Origin: Priapulus caudatus
Lineage: Eukaryota
Length of the DNA: 64,000 nucleotides
Direction of reading: 5' to 3'
Assembly (NCBI RefSeq): GCF_000485595.1
Contig: NW_014577062.1
Coordinates: 950,012-1,014,011 of the forward strand
The translations under genes and the position numbers were made by a program. The notes below the pieces were generated by a model. That model was not told the DNA's origin, ran no database searches, and worked only from the letters and a program-made list of their open reading frames with translations. Below are positions 14,901 through 27,517 of the stretch, piece by piece; the stretch's first letter is position 1; each line of letters opens with the position of its first letter.

Positions 14901-17900
14901 ATCTGGGCACCAGCTATTATTATAGGATGGCATGTACGATGGATAGTACCCAGAAGACGGAACTGGGCTGTAAGGCATTGCAGTCACTAAAAAAAGCAGT
15001 AACAATATCACCACAGGACTATAGGCTCTGGTCTGCTCTCGGTGTTATTGCAGCATGTCAAGGTATTGGGAGAAACTACGGAATGCAATCATTTATAAAA
15101 ATATGGTTTCCAGTTATTGTACAGTTCTTACACTAAAATGCTAAGCCAATCAATCATTCTTTTCTGCAAGTTGTAAATAAATTAATATAGTTTAACCAAT
15201 TTTGTATCCATTCTATATTTGCAGAGATATCGAATCCACGTTTGGCACAGCATGCTTTCATAAAATCAATCGATGCCGAGAAAAACAATGTTATTGCATG
15301 GACAAACCTCGGCGCCCTCTATCTCATACACGAGAACTGTGAACTAGCACACGAAGCATTCAAGGTTATTACACTTATTAACTCGAGACAACATTTAGTG
15401 AAAATGGTTCAGTAATATGTCAGTAAAAACTAAGACTCATTCTATAATATTTTTAAGCTTTCTATATGTATGAATGAGCTTTGCAATCAGCTTATCCTCT
15501 GGAAATGCAATAGGTGGCTCAAGCACTAGATCCGTCCTATGTGTATTGCTGGGTTGGACAAGCCATGATTGCAGAGTGTGTGGGTAATGAAGAAGCCATG
15601 GACCTGTTTCGCCACACTACCGAACTCTGCATGAATGTAGGTCACTATTACTTACTATAGACATGATCTGCGTCGCGTCTGAGCTAAATTATTCCTTAGT
15701 GTGTTGATCTGCAGTGAGGTAGATGAACTGCTAATATTAATCTTAGCTAATTATATGCCTGTGAACGATTTTTGTGTTGCTGAAACATTAGTCTAGTTTC
15801 TCGTCCTTGCAGATGGAAGGCGCCATAGGCTATGCAAACTGGGTTTGCAAAATGCTGCAGGGCATGTCCTCGAAGAAAGCCGAATCCTTTCACTATTCAA
15901 ATAAACAGCTACCAGGTATTCTTGGTGCTTGTGATGCCATGGCAAAGTACACTGGTAGGTTTTCATGAAAGTTTTTAAGGTTATTCTGGCACCTCATCTT
16001 GTGTAAACTGATTTGATACTCTTAAATGTATAGTCGGTCGTTTACTCGAAAATCTTCCCGATGCTCGTTCATAGAGAATGTATATACAGCAGGGTGGCAA
16101 CAAATTTTATTTTGATGCAGTTGGTGTTTCTTAATCCCCAATGGTTGCATTTATCCAGATCGAAACCGAGGCAACTCGTTAGCATATATCATGTATGGCC
16201 TGCTGCTGGAACACCTTGGATTGTACACGGAAGCCAGCAGGGCATTCAGTAGGGCCGCACAATTGTTAGAGGAGAGCAGTGAGCACCAGGCCAAAGTACG
16301 ACTCAACCTCGCCCGAATACTATGGTGGGTTTCATTATGATATCAGATGGCACTAATAGAGGCTGATGAAATGTGCAATTCATATGAGATGAAATGCTTT
16401 TTTGTTGTTGTTTGTAGCAAACTGGGGCGATATGTAGATGCAGTGCAGCTCTATCAGACTGTGACGGGGCAAGCAGACTTCGAAAGCATCTGTGGCATGG
16501 GACTTGCTCTATACCAGGCGAGCATGATGAAGGAGAGTTATCAAGGTGTGACCATTAAACACAAAGCGTATACTTACTTGCCATTTAAATTTCCATAACT
16601 GCTGACTGAATACCAATTCAAGCTTGGTTTATTATATTTCATATTAAAATTCTACGATTCATTTTCATTGTGATTTTTTATACAGCTTATGAAAAAGGAT
16701 TACAGATCTGCCCAGAAGATGACAAGTCACACGTTCTGGTTGCCATGGCATTGGTAGCCTACAAATTTAATGACATTGCTGGAGCAAAGTCCGTTCTTTT
16801 CAAAAGGCAAGCTCATATTTTTTTTTAATGTTAGAGAATACATCTGAAATTCCAGATATGCCACGGTTCTTTTGTTTCGCTTAGCTCACAGTAGGACTCA
16901 TTTTCATTCTGAACTCTCTTAAAGGGGAAATCATTTAAATAAACAATGGGGATCTATGTTGCTTCAGCTCCCTCTGTCAGCCAGTGTCTACGATGGGCCT
17001 ACTAGCCCTCTGTGCACTCGGTTGTCTGCAGCGGGATGATACACTGGCTCAGGCTGCCTTACACGAGCTGCACAAACACAGGCAGGACGTTTCCCATGTC
17101 GCTGATATTACAACACTGCTGGCCAGTCTAGGCACACTCCTGGTATGTGCTGCTGCATGACAAGCATTCAAAACGTGTAGGAGTGACAGTGGCGAGCAGA
17201 ATTTGAACCTAAGTAACCAGTGTAGAACCTAAAATTATTTTACCCGAAAGTTTCTCATTACTATTCATTTTTAAAATTCCAATATGGCAACCAATATTTA
17301 TCCCGGCATTCAGTATTGTGCAAGCGACACGCTTCTTGTTTCAGGGCAGGCCGGAAATGGCAGTACGTGAGGCTAGTAAGCACGTACATGCTCACCCACA
17401 CTTGGAATCCCTTTGGTTTCTCCTGGGTGAAGCCCTGCTAAAGTGCTCTGCCGCCTCAGAGCGCAGCTTCCTGTGCGCACAGAAGGCACTCCACCTATCT
17501 GACGGGACATCACAGGTAGGATTGTCATCTGTGGTCAGTTTGTAGGCATTGTGGTTCGTTTTAATAGTTCGTAGTGAATCTGGCGTGCAGTTATGTCGTT
17601 GTGAAAGCATGTAGGGTTTGTAAATTTTTTTAACTTTATACACAGTTGTGTGAGGCAGCACATGCTCTATTCCTGCTCACGCACGTGCCTTAGCCACGTG
17701 ACTGGCTTGCAGCTACAACATGAAAGTGAACGCATGTTATTTGCAGGGTCTGGTCAAGAATTTGATTGGTTACGATTTCTTCCAGCTGCTACGTTAAGTT
17801 CACTATATCACCTCGTACATAATTTGGGTGTGATGATGTACACATGCTCGTTGTGTTTTCAGATGTCACAGCTACTGGCCAGCTTGTGTGGCTTGGCTGC

Positions 17901-18210
17901 TGGGAACTATAAAGCTGCTCTACAGTACGCCCAGAGGGCTGTTCACCAAAACCCAGGTACCAATAAATGCAGTTCTCTAGCAATGTGTCAATCATGTATG
18001 CACTGCCCGATGTAAATTTCTCTCTATTGTTTTGCAGGTGGGACCACGACCTGGACAAGTCTATTGGCTTGCTGCATTGCTGTCAGTCGCTCTGGTAGTG
18101 GGAAGAACTTTAGCCATTTCGAATTGTGCCTAAAAAATCACATCCTCAACACACTGCAAAATGACAATTATGTATCGAAAATTCATGAATGGGTCAAATT
18201 GTTGAATTAA
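1310..18210 (+). CDS. TTC37: TTC37/SKIC3 (Ski3), TPR scaffold of the SKI complex; multi-exon, apparently complete
   Basis: Exon 1 (1310-1399, [30 protein letters not shown]) and exon 2 (9359-9502, [33 protein letters not shown]...LAWQ) closely match human TTC37. Further exons, approximate: 9859-10023, 10174-10305, 10514-10608, 11172-11282, 11471-11617, 11831-11932, 12273-12406, 12524-12711, 12993-13111, 13268-13446, 13570-13730, 13871-13986, 14314-14705, 14848-15062, 15225-15364, 15514-15636, 15812-15953, 16160-16324, 16418-16545, 16686-16806, 16968-17141, 17345-17514, 17863-17956, 18038-18210 (TAA). Conserved motifs include [32 protein letters not shown] and MDLFRH. AATAAA at 18341. Confidence 0.95.
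1987..2880. mobile_element. MITE (TIR cattaggagtgttcccaacttt) interrupted by a nested Harbinger-like element
   Basis: Inverted ends at ~1987 and ~2880, internal TTAGGG motifs, and degraded relatives at ~29580-29800 and ~35840-36040. Confidence 0.7.
2010..2732. mobile_element. Non-autonomous PIF/Harbinger-like element
   Basis: TIRs aggccaagacacactgcag...ctgcagtgtgtcttggcct with a 3-bp TTA target-site duplication on both sides and ~65-bp subterminal tandem repeats at the left end. Confidence 0.75.
3196..6076. mobile_element. hAT-like MITE (tagtgatg...catcacta) hosting nested insertions
   Basis: Inverted termini inside TA runs and subterminal aatcgattat repeats at both ends. It contains a cagggccc...gggccctg element (~3809-5956), which in turn contains a ~380-bp element with long TIRs (~4605-4985). 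Confidence 0.6.
6094..7528. mobile_element. hAT-like MITE (cagggttctc...gagaaccctg) with a nested Helentron/DINE-1-like (HINE) element at ~6444-7280
   Basis: CAGGG termini. The inner element starts ttttagctcacc, has a short hairpin and (GTCC)n tracts, duplicates its 5' end, and closes with ggtgagct plus a small hairpin, as DINE-1/HINE-type elements do. Confidence 0.6.
7566..8927. mobile_element. hAT-like MITE (cagtgttcgaaataagg...ccttatttcgaacactg) with a nested long-TIR palindromic element at ~7923-8753
   Basis: 17-bp outer TIRs with cttgtcc/ggacaag subterminal repeats. The inner element has ~235-bp near-perfect inverted arms. Confidence 0.75.
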
Positions 18211-18622
18211 TATATTAGGGGCAAAGTATGGGTAATGTTATAGCTGTGGTATTATATGCTTATGCAAGTTTAACCAGAGTAGCCTTGGATTGCATCATTC
18301 AGTTTTTGGTGACAAGTATTGTTTGAAGAAAAGTAAATATAATAAAAAATGTGCTTTGCTTCTGGACACATTCAATGATTGTATTTACAGTGATCTGTCC
18401 TGAGGACTAGACTTTCCTAAGATACAAAGTAATAACCTATATTATTACAACAGAATATACAAAAATGTTAATATGACTGAAGCTGAATCCTACCTAATAT
18501 ATCCCTAATGATTACATCATTAGGTAACTAACAACTCGAACTTAGTAAACATACATGTCCGTTCTACTATTGTATGTGACCTCTGGTAACCTTGCATTAA
18601 AACAAGTAAAATGTGAATGACA

Positions 18623-21600
18623 TTACACTTTCCCCAACCTATCTGCAAGGTCAAACTCATCGGCTTCGGGCCTCTTCTTCTGAAACCGATGCCTCAGCTT
18701 GCGCTCGACGCGCTGTCTCTCTTCGTCGAGCACAATCTTAATTCGGTCTTCGCTGTCGAAGAACGAGAACAGTTCCTCGCGCTTCGTGATGTACTCTTTC
18801 TTACTGCGTATCACGCGAATTCGTTCCTGCTTCATGTACTCTTCGATCTGCTGCTCCAACTTGGCCTTTCTTGCCTCCTCCCACCTATGGGAAATTAAAT
18901 GTGGGTACCCTTGTATTCTCTTATTATTTGTTATTATTATTTATTAATTATTATTCTCTTATGGCACCTGAACATTAGGAAACGAAAATAATGCTTTTTA
19001 TTTGGATATTAGCCAGTTTACCAACTGTAATGCAATGTATTGAGCAGTGTTCCAATGCTTACTGAATGAAAAGCTCCTGTTGTGCTGCAATATCTGCTGG
19101 TTCCAGCTTATGGAGTGTATCCTTCTCAACGAGCTTCTCCACACAGGCATTGAGATCTTCATCTGAAACTTTTCCAGCACCTGACAATTTTTTGGATGCC
19201 TCCTGGTAGCACAAGATACAAAAAGATGTGTATTTTTAGCCTTTACATTCACATGACAAGTTTAAAAAAAACATCCCGTTCACACAATTTTTTTATTTTT
19301 ATAAAAAAATAAACACTGAATTGTTCACCTTTATTATACAATGAATGCAATCTCGTGTGAAATCTTTTCATGTTATAGATGCACACTTTTTTTAAATGTT
19401 TAGATATGCTATATTTGAACATTTTTATTTGCTACGTATGCAAGTGAAAAATCGCAACAACAATTACACTTCGTATCTGGCATTTTATAGTTTGTATACT
19501 TACAGTGAACCTTTCAACAATGTCAATCTTTGTACCTTTATCATCTTCTTCAATACAATCGAGTGCTGCTTGAAACCTTTCCAGCTGTAATTGGAATACT
19601 TGAATAAACCCCTGGGTTCCCCTTTTACTTTTGCATGTCTTTTTTTTAAATGTTAACAATTCAAACTCAGGTCTTTAAAACCCAGCAGATCTCAATACAT
19701 TTGGATTTTTTAAATTATATTATGAGCAGAATACCACAAGATAGGAACAACACATGATCTGTAGTGTTGTATGCACGCACCGCTTCTTGAAAGATGGCTG
19801 GTTTTTCCTCAGAATTTAGCAATTGTTCCAAAAGTTCCAGCCCTTGGTCCCATTTCTTATACAATCCCCATCCAATCAACTCGTAGCTGTGGCCGACAAT
19901 ACTATCATTAAAATATAGTCTGCCTAACATCATCAGAGTTTTGCCGAGTTTTAGTTGGTGATCTTTCAGGTCAAAATGATCATCAAAGTATGGATTCTTA
20001 ATCCAACCGACCCTCTTGATTATCTGAAAAGTAGAATTAGGAGACTCTTATTATATAGGCACTAGAACTAGACTATTAATATTAAAATGTTTCATATTAT
20101 ACATGATATTAAGTTTTTACAGGTTGATTAGTACAAATAAACATAACAAAGCATAAAAAGAGCACTGATAATTTAGATAAAAGTCTTACCACGTCATCAT
20201 CATCATCTTCATCCTCTTGTTCATCGATTGCTTCTACAACTGGCTCATCTTTAGGATTGCCACTGTCCATATGACAAGCATACAATGCCAAGCGGCTGAA
20301 CAAAGGATGCTCAAAGTCCTCCTGTAGCATCATCAGTGATGCCACTCTAGCAGCATCTAAAATGTATTAAAACTTTACTTATCCTACATATTCTACATTA
20401 CTTTCTTTGGTAACAATCATGTACAAAATTTATTTTCCTGCTTGGAAATTAAATAAATCACAACCAACCTAACACTAATAATCTACTCCCACATACCTCT
20501 GTAGTTTTTATCTTCAATGTAACGATCTAAAAGCATGTTCATACTATAGTAGTCGGGGAATATGCCATAGAGTAGCTGAAAAATAGAGCAAACCTCTTGT
20601 AGCAAAACAACATTATGTCCCTGATATCACATCAACCTTGCTAATTAATTATAGTTTATGTTGGCTATTTATTATTGCAAGATTGATTATCACACACCAC
20701 AATGTGTTTACATGTGGAACATTTGTTTTAAGACTGCTGAATTGTTTAAAACAAGCATGTGAATATGTTTAAAATCTACTCCATAATGAAAAGCCAATAT
20801 TATCAATTTATCAAAACTAATATGCAGGATTAAAAGGCCTACCCTATTTTCAAGTATCTCAAGTAGTCTATCTTCTTGTTTAAACTCCAAAAATGCTCGC
20901 ACCACTGCATAATGTGTTGAGTCCATTGTATAAATTGTGTGTTTTGTTCGCCTAAATCTGCAAAAAAATCTTATATTTGAGCACTTTCATCGTGGAAAGT
21001 TTATAAGCCTTGTATAGGGGGATGAATTTATATGCAAATCACATAGCTGAAATTTATTTCATGTAGTTCATAAACAGATATGAACCATGGAGCTTGACAA
21101 TGCATAATCATAAAGCATAATCATAATCACACATGTACACATGTATAAATGTGTATAATAATTTGAATAACACATGTACTTACTTGCTCAAAATGTTTTC
21201 CAAGTCATATAGTTGTACAGGATCAGTGATATTGTTAGCAAACTGCAATATTTAATTGACACCCTGCTTGTTATCACAATTATTAACCACAACGACTTAT
21301 ACCAAACATGTAAAATATTTGCCAGAATATATGCATTGTTTAAATTGCATTTGGTTGCATTTTTAAATCATGCTACTTCACAGTATACTTACAATGTCCA
21401 CATCTACAGCAGTAGCACGACCTGTTCTGCAGTTTTTAATTATGTCAACCCCAAAGGCATCTGAAAAAGATGACATACATCATCTTATGCGAACAATGAA
21501 ACGGTAATTTATAAGCTTATAATTAAATAATTACATTCTACATAGGCACTTAACAATTGTTAGATTAATATGGCACTGTTGTATTATTTCCAGGCACATT

Positions 21601-22040
21601 GAAATTCATTTTTCAATAGCTTAATAAACAATAGCATATTCAGAGAACAAATAATGGCGATCTAATGCAATAGCTAATTTAATATGTACATACCCAATAT
21701 ACATGATATAAAGGTTATAATTATATATTTACATGTGGTCACACAATGCAATGCTACATGGAAAAGCATTTTGCTACAATATAAAGTACCGAGGGATGTT
21801 CAATTGCACAATTGCAAGAACAATGCAATTCAAGTGCATTGAAGAATAGATTTCTTGCTTTTTTCCTTACTCGATTATTGCTGACCTATTAAAATTTTTA
21901 CTCTAATTGCTACGACACTGATACATGAAGGGTCTTACCCATTTTAATTTCCTTGAATATTGGAGAATTTAGTCTTTTTCTCCAAGCATCACTGCACACA
22001 TATGCTTCTGTGAGAAGGTATCTGCGTAAATGTTGTAAAC
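18623..22040 (-). CDS. MRPS27: Mitochondrial ribosomal protein S27 (mS27), 5'-partial
   Basis: Exons include 21939-22040 (RRYLLTEAYVCSDAW), ~21392-21461 (SRATAVDVDI), ~20843-20957 (HYAVVRAFLE...LLEILENR), ~20498-20575 (YGIFPDYYSMNMLLDRYI), ~20190-20356 (ASLMMLQEDF), ~19781-20023, and a last exon ending in TAA at 18623. The YLL..AY and YGIFPD...N.L.D motifs match MRPS27. The first exon was not found and may lie in the gap at 24037. Confidence 0.88.
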
Positions 22041-22425
22041 CTGGAACAAAATATTATGACTTGATTTATTTTTTTACTGCTATGGGTATTGCTACTGCTA
22101 TTATAGTTTCCCACCATGCCATGCACTGCCACCTCTTTCTCATTTTAGATGTGAAAATCAAAAAATGGCGCCAACAACCCCCAGACTAAGGCTATTTTAT
22201 AGAGTATAACATTAGTACCAGTCTACCAGACCTGTCAAGTCTCACACACTGATCCTGAGAACGATGCATTAGATGCTATCTTATGCTCTCACACTATGGC
22301 ACAGATTTCTTGAATGCATTTTAGAAATGCAAATATGGAAAAAAAAAATCTGGAAAATTATGTTCACAGGTTAGATTGACTTCAATGGTGTGAGTCTGTG
22401 ACATATATCTATATCAGGATCTATA

Positions 22426-22775
22426 TACAATAGAAGTCCGAAAATCCGGATTGCTCGGGAATTGGGTCGATCCGGATTTTAGGATTTTTTGGATTCTCGG
22501 GCAGTACCTTTAATATTCAAATTTAAGGAGGAATAAAGAAGAGATGAACAGGACAATTTTGATAGTTTATTAATTAGCAAATACAGCATGCTGCACTTAT
22601 CAAAACAAGCAGTTTTAAAGAAAAAGAAAGTCGACACTTGACAAATGTGTAAACATGAAATTTTTTTCACTAAAGAGCATGCCTATGCTTAAAATAATGT
22701 TCAAAAATCCGTTTTGAAAAGTCCGGATTCTCACGTGGTCCGGATTTCTGGTATTCGTATTTTTGGACTACTGTA
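22426..22775. mobile_element. Tc1/mariner-like MITE
   Basis: TA-flanked imperfect TIRs (ta-caatagaagtccgaaaatccgga ... ttttggactactg-ta) with ccggatt subterminal repeats. Confidence 0.5.
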
Positions 22776-24061
22776 CACTGCTGTAGTATTGCTAGCATGC
22801 AGTAACACATTCACCCCGACCAGGCTGCGAGATTAATGTCAATACACTACTAATACTATTATAATAACAGTCTTTAGATGTACGACCGTTTCTTAGAGCT
22901 CAACTATGATACACCAGGCAAATGTGACCAAGCTTCACTCAGTCTCACTCTCAGTGCCAGTGGCATCAACTTCAAGCTTCGCTCACAAGAAAAATCTCAC
23001 GCATCTGAAATTTGGGAAGTTGAGAGCTCTAAAGTAGGTAGAAGTAATTCAGAAGTACTGTACGGTAAGATATCGGAAGTGGATACTCTGCCGTATAGTA
23101 TACGATCCACTGCAAGACGTTAAATTACATGTGTTTTTAAGCAGGGTTCGACACTAACCCAATAAATGCTTGGTCCGGTCGCATACAACCAGAGTGCTAG
23201 TAGCCCGACTGGTCGTGTTAAAATTGGTCATATATATTGCACTGAAAGGTCACCTCTGGCTAGACTGGCTCGCGGCCGCACTGTTTGTCGCAGAGTGTGT
23301 ACATTGTCCAGCAGAGCGTGAGGCCGGATACCAGTCTACCCTTCGGCAAAAAAATAATGTGGCTTGCTGCCAGCCGCAGTAGACGATCAATAAACCGTGC
23401 GCTCGTGTATGCCCGTAGTAGAATACGAATGCTGCACGTGAACTCGGCCCACGCGCGATTTAAAGCGCGGGAAACAGCATCTATGAATTCATACGATGAC
23501 ACACTCTTATCTAAATAAAGTTTTTCATAACAATGGTCTGGGTCTGGGCTAGTGAAAGTTAGGTTAGGGCTAGTGGTATAGTAGTACACACTATATATAT
23601 AACTATAAGTGTAAGCGTGCAACAGTCGCGCCACGAAAGCAATGGCGCCGGCAGCATATATGGTTGGACGTAGGATTTGGACGGAATTTACAGGAAACTG
23701 TCGGCAATAATAGGTGAAAGAGAGTATAGAAACATTAAGAATTTGGTAGTAAATAGATTTCGTATTTAGTTAGCATATTGAAACGCTTCAAGTGCCTGTG
23801 CCTGTGGCTGTGGCCAGTGTGGGATCAACAGCAAAGCTGTGCCACCCAATCTTGTATCATGTCTCTCTGGATTATTAATGTTTATAAGCTTAAGCTCTAG
23901 TAGAGTATAGCCCTCATTGCTTCTGACGAGGGACAAAACTGATTATGAGGTTATGAATATGTTTGTCTAAGACGAGTTGGCAGTTGGCAGTTGCACTGTC
24001 ACTGTCAGTGTCACCAGAGCGTGAATTGATTAGTCCNNNNNNNNNNNNNNNNNNNNNNNNN

Positions 24062-24320
24062 TATTGGCGAAATGGGAAACTGGCGAAGTGGGAAAATAGC
24101 GAAATGGGAAAATGGCGAAATGGGAAACTGGCGAAATGGGAAAATGGCGAAGTGGGAAAATGGCGAAATGGGAAACTGGCGAAATGGGAAAATGGCGAAG
24201 TGGGAAAATGGCTAAATGGGAAACTGGCGAAATGGTTAATGGCGACACGGCAAATGGCGAAGTGGGAAACTGGCGAAATGAGGTGACACCGCTCGCACAC
24301 CCCCAGATTCCCCACTGTAT
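24062..24320. repeat. TGGCGAAATGGGAAA tandem repeats at a MITE end; the block is duplicated at 26558-26793
   Basis: 16-17-bp tandem units. 24062-24343 matches 26558-26793 apart from unit number, and inverted units lie at 26200-26305. Confidence 0.85.
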
Positions 24321-24762
24321 ACAGTGTATTATATACTAATATAGTGTATATAGTGTATGCAGCCCAATGCAGGGTGCGAAATTAACACGAGTTCGAATCG
24401 AGTCAAATACTCCCTGATTTGACATATGCAGGAGTCCGTGTGACTCCATGAAAATTAATTCTGCTAATACAGTACTAACTAGTTCGTTCCAGAGCACGGC
24501 CTCGCAGAATTACCGTATTTTTCCCAGCAAGTGTTCCAAGAAAATTTGGCAGACGTGCACCGCAAATGTCCTGCTACACAAGGCAGCTAATACAGTGTAT
24601 ACGCGCATTACATTCATTGTATAAGTCAACAAAATGACGACTTACGCGCAAGTCGTCATTTTCGTAAGTCGACACAAATATGCTGGTCCCAAAAGTGTCG
24701 ACTTATGCGAGTTTTACTGTAGTTCTTATACAGAACAGACCACTGAGCATGCTAATTCTCAC

Positions 24763-24924
24763 CTGGACAGTTTCATTGTCACTATCTTGTAAACAGCATC
24801 GTCTGCAGTCATCCTCTAATGTATTAAGATTAAACTGAGCAAGTTCATCACAAGAGCTGCACATCAAGTTCGACGAGAAGCCAATATCATGACAGTTATC
24901 AAATTCACTCTTCACCAGTGTAAA
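24763..24924 (-). CDS. SELENOF: SELENOF (Sep15) exon 2, Cys-rich domain
   Basis: AG/GT-bounded 162-nt exon FTLVKSEFDNCHDIGFSSNLMCSSCDELAQFNLNTLEDDCRRCCLQDSDNETVQ, matching human CRELGFSSNLLCSSCDLL...DCRGCCQE. Confidence 0.93.
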
Positions 24925-25631
24925 CTGTAAATACAATAAAACAGTAGCAATGAGTAGAATGCAATCACTCAGGCATAGATAATTAACAAAGTGTTTTACA
25001 AAAACACACAAGAGGTAACACTTGCTAGCCTAAATTTATCTATGAATTATCAATTGCAAGATAACATGACTGCTTATTGAGAAGGAAAAGTAAAATTATG
25101 ATTATGAATTTATTGGCCTGACACCTGGTTGGCCTTACTGGAATTGTTGCCGAGGATTAGTAGGCACATGCAAATAATCGGCAGTGCAGAGCATTTTTGG
25201 GAGGGGAGGGGTACTGCTTTTGTATATACCTTGATGAAGACTCTAGAATCTAGGAACTAATTAGCAGGTAGTTTTAGGCTAATACTGTTGTGAGACTAAG
25301 TGACAGCAGGCATGAAGTGCAACGTTACGGTCATACCTTTCTAGATAGGACCATAAAGCTGCAGCACTTGGTGATGGAATTTTGTTAAAGTGTGCAATTC
25401 TTCATTGGCAACACACAAGACCCCTTTCCACAAACTCTCAAGTGGCATCACACGCCAGGGCACTTTACGGCCCAATCCTAGTTTAGCACCGCGGATTAGT
25501 TTTGCACATATGCGGGGTGGTCATAATAACATATAGGGGGAGAGAGTCACGGAGAGGGAGACTGGGCGTCTATCTGCGAGAGGGGAACAAGGAAGTGAGC
25601 AAGAGGAAACAACGGATAAAGAGCGAGAGCG

Positions 25632-25674
<43 letters not shown>

Positions 25675-25691
25675 CAATTGCTCTTACTCAC

Positions 25692-25755
25692 CCTCAACCT
25701 GTGGAAATCTTCCCAATTTTCATCCACACACTTCTAGTCTTGCATATGGATACAC
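25692..25755 (-). CDS. SELENOF: SELENOF exon 3 with in-frame selenocysteine TGA (25720-25722)
   Basis: ctag|gtg tat cca tat gca aga cta gaa gtg tgt gga TGA aaa ttg gga aga ttt cca cag gtt gag g|gtgagt translates as VYPYARLEVCG-U-KLGRFPQVE, the Sep15 CxU redox motif (human LEVCGUKLGRFPQVQ). Confidence 0.95.
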
Positions 25756-26900
25756 CTAGCAAAAGATGAAGAGATAATGTTGCAGTTGGTTTTTGTCATT
25801 CTGTGATATGCAGAATATAGTTGATTTGAGAAATGCAAATGCACTCTAATTTTTTGGAATACATTAAAACTCGCGTAAGTCGACATCGTCTCAGTCGTCA
25901 ATTCGCGTAAGTCAACATGAAAGTCAAAGTCCCGATTCGCTCTCATAGTAAATCCATTGGAATAGCCCCGCTTAAGTCGACTTTATGTATGAGTCGACGC
26001 CCTCAGACAGGTCCCATGTAATACAAACAACAGTAATTTCCCATCTGTAAGTCGACATCAGAAATGTCGATGGCGCAGTGTACGGTCTAGGACTCTAGGG
26101 AATACACGAGCTGGCTGTCCCAGACGGATTGTTTGAATTGCATTGTTCGCTTGCACGCATTGTATTTTTTCCCAGCTCGCAGCTCGCACTGTTTATTCCA
26201 ATTTCCCACTTCGCCATTTGGCATTTCACCATTAAAAATTCCCACTTCGCCATTTTCCCACTTCGCCAGTTTCCCATTTCGCCAGTTTCCCATTCCGCCA
26301 TTTCGTCCTATCTCCCCGACCACCCCCTTGTTCAAGGTGGGTTAAAAGTAGGCATCTGTAATGAATAAATTATAACGAATCTTTAGATATAGAGTCAACT
26401 ATTTATTTGAAGAACAAGAAGGCGAAATCATACATATCAAAACATATGGATCATGTACAGGCATCCTAACCCTAACCCTAACCCTAACAACCTAGAAATG
26501 ACTCTTTTTTAAGAATGGAAGGAACAATTTCGTGCAGGGGGTGGAAGCAACATAAAATATTGGCGAAATGGGAAACTGGCGAAGTGGGAAAATAGCGAAA
26601 TGGGAAAATGGCGAAATGGGAAACTGGCGAAATGGGAAAATGGCGAAGTGGGAAAATGGCTAAATGGGAAACTGGCGAAATGGTTAATGGCGACACGGCA
26701 AATGGCGAAGTGGGAAACTGGCGAAATGAGGTGACACCGCTCGCACACCCCCAGATTCCCCACTGTATACAGTGTATTATATACTAATATAGTCAGGAGT
26801 CTATCAATAGGAGTAAGACAGACTGAAACCGGCAAAATTCAACATTTAGTTGCCTTAGTCTACCTATGATTTATTGTGTTTAACTCGATAAACTTGAGCT

Positions 26901-27517
26901 CAAATCTTACCTTAATCATTAAACTAATTCCGTGTCTAATCGTTGGTCTCACAAAAATGACAAATCGGGAGATATCGGTCCAAACGTACAATGTGGTTTT
27001 TGAAATTTATACCGCATTGTCAACAACTGTGAACCGAAACATAAGGGCAATGCTTTTGAAAGCCCTCTATCGCATAGAAATGCAAACATAGGAAACAACT
27101 AGCGAGGTTTCCCAGGGATTTCAGAAAGTTAAACACGACTTTGTGTTATTTATAGGCCATGTCGAATGACAGTAATTACATGTTATGAACGATATTGTTG
27201 AGAAAAAATAAAATGGATAAAAATACTAAACGTGAAATTTTTTATTTCTAATGTAAATAGTATAAATAACACCAAGTCGTGTTTAACTTTCCGAAATCCC
27301 TGGCAAACCTCGCTAGTTGTTTGCTATGTTTGCATTGCTATGCGATAGAGGGCTTTCAAAAGCATTGCCCTTATGTTTCGGTTCACAGTTGTTGACAATG
27401 CGGTATAAATTTCAAAAACCACATTGTACGTTTGGACCGATATCTCCCGATTTGTCATTTTTGTGAGACCAACAATTTATTAGACACGGAATTAGTTTAA
27501 TGATTAAGGTAAGATTT
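26901..27517. mobile_element. Palindromic long-TIR MITE
   Basis: ~240-bp inverted arms (aaatcttaccttaatcattaaac...gtttaatgattaaggtaagattt). Confidence 0.75.

Noticed and set aside
23640..23715. ATGGCG-initiated short ORF upstream of MRPS27
   Set aside because: It is on the wrong strand for MRPS27, stops after 22 codons, and lies within a repeat-family end.
23914..26835. KWENGE / SHFASF repeat ORFs
   Set aside because: Translations of MITE subterminal tandem repeats, open in several frames.
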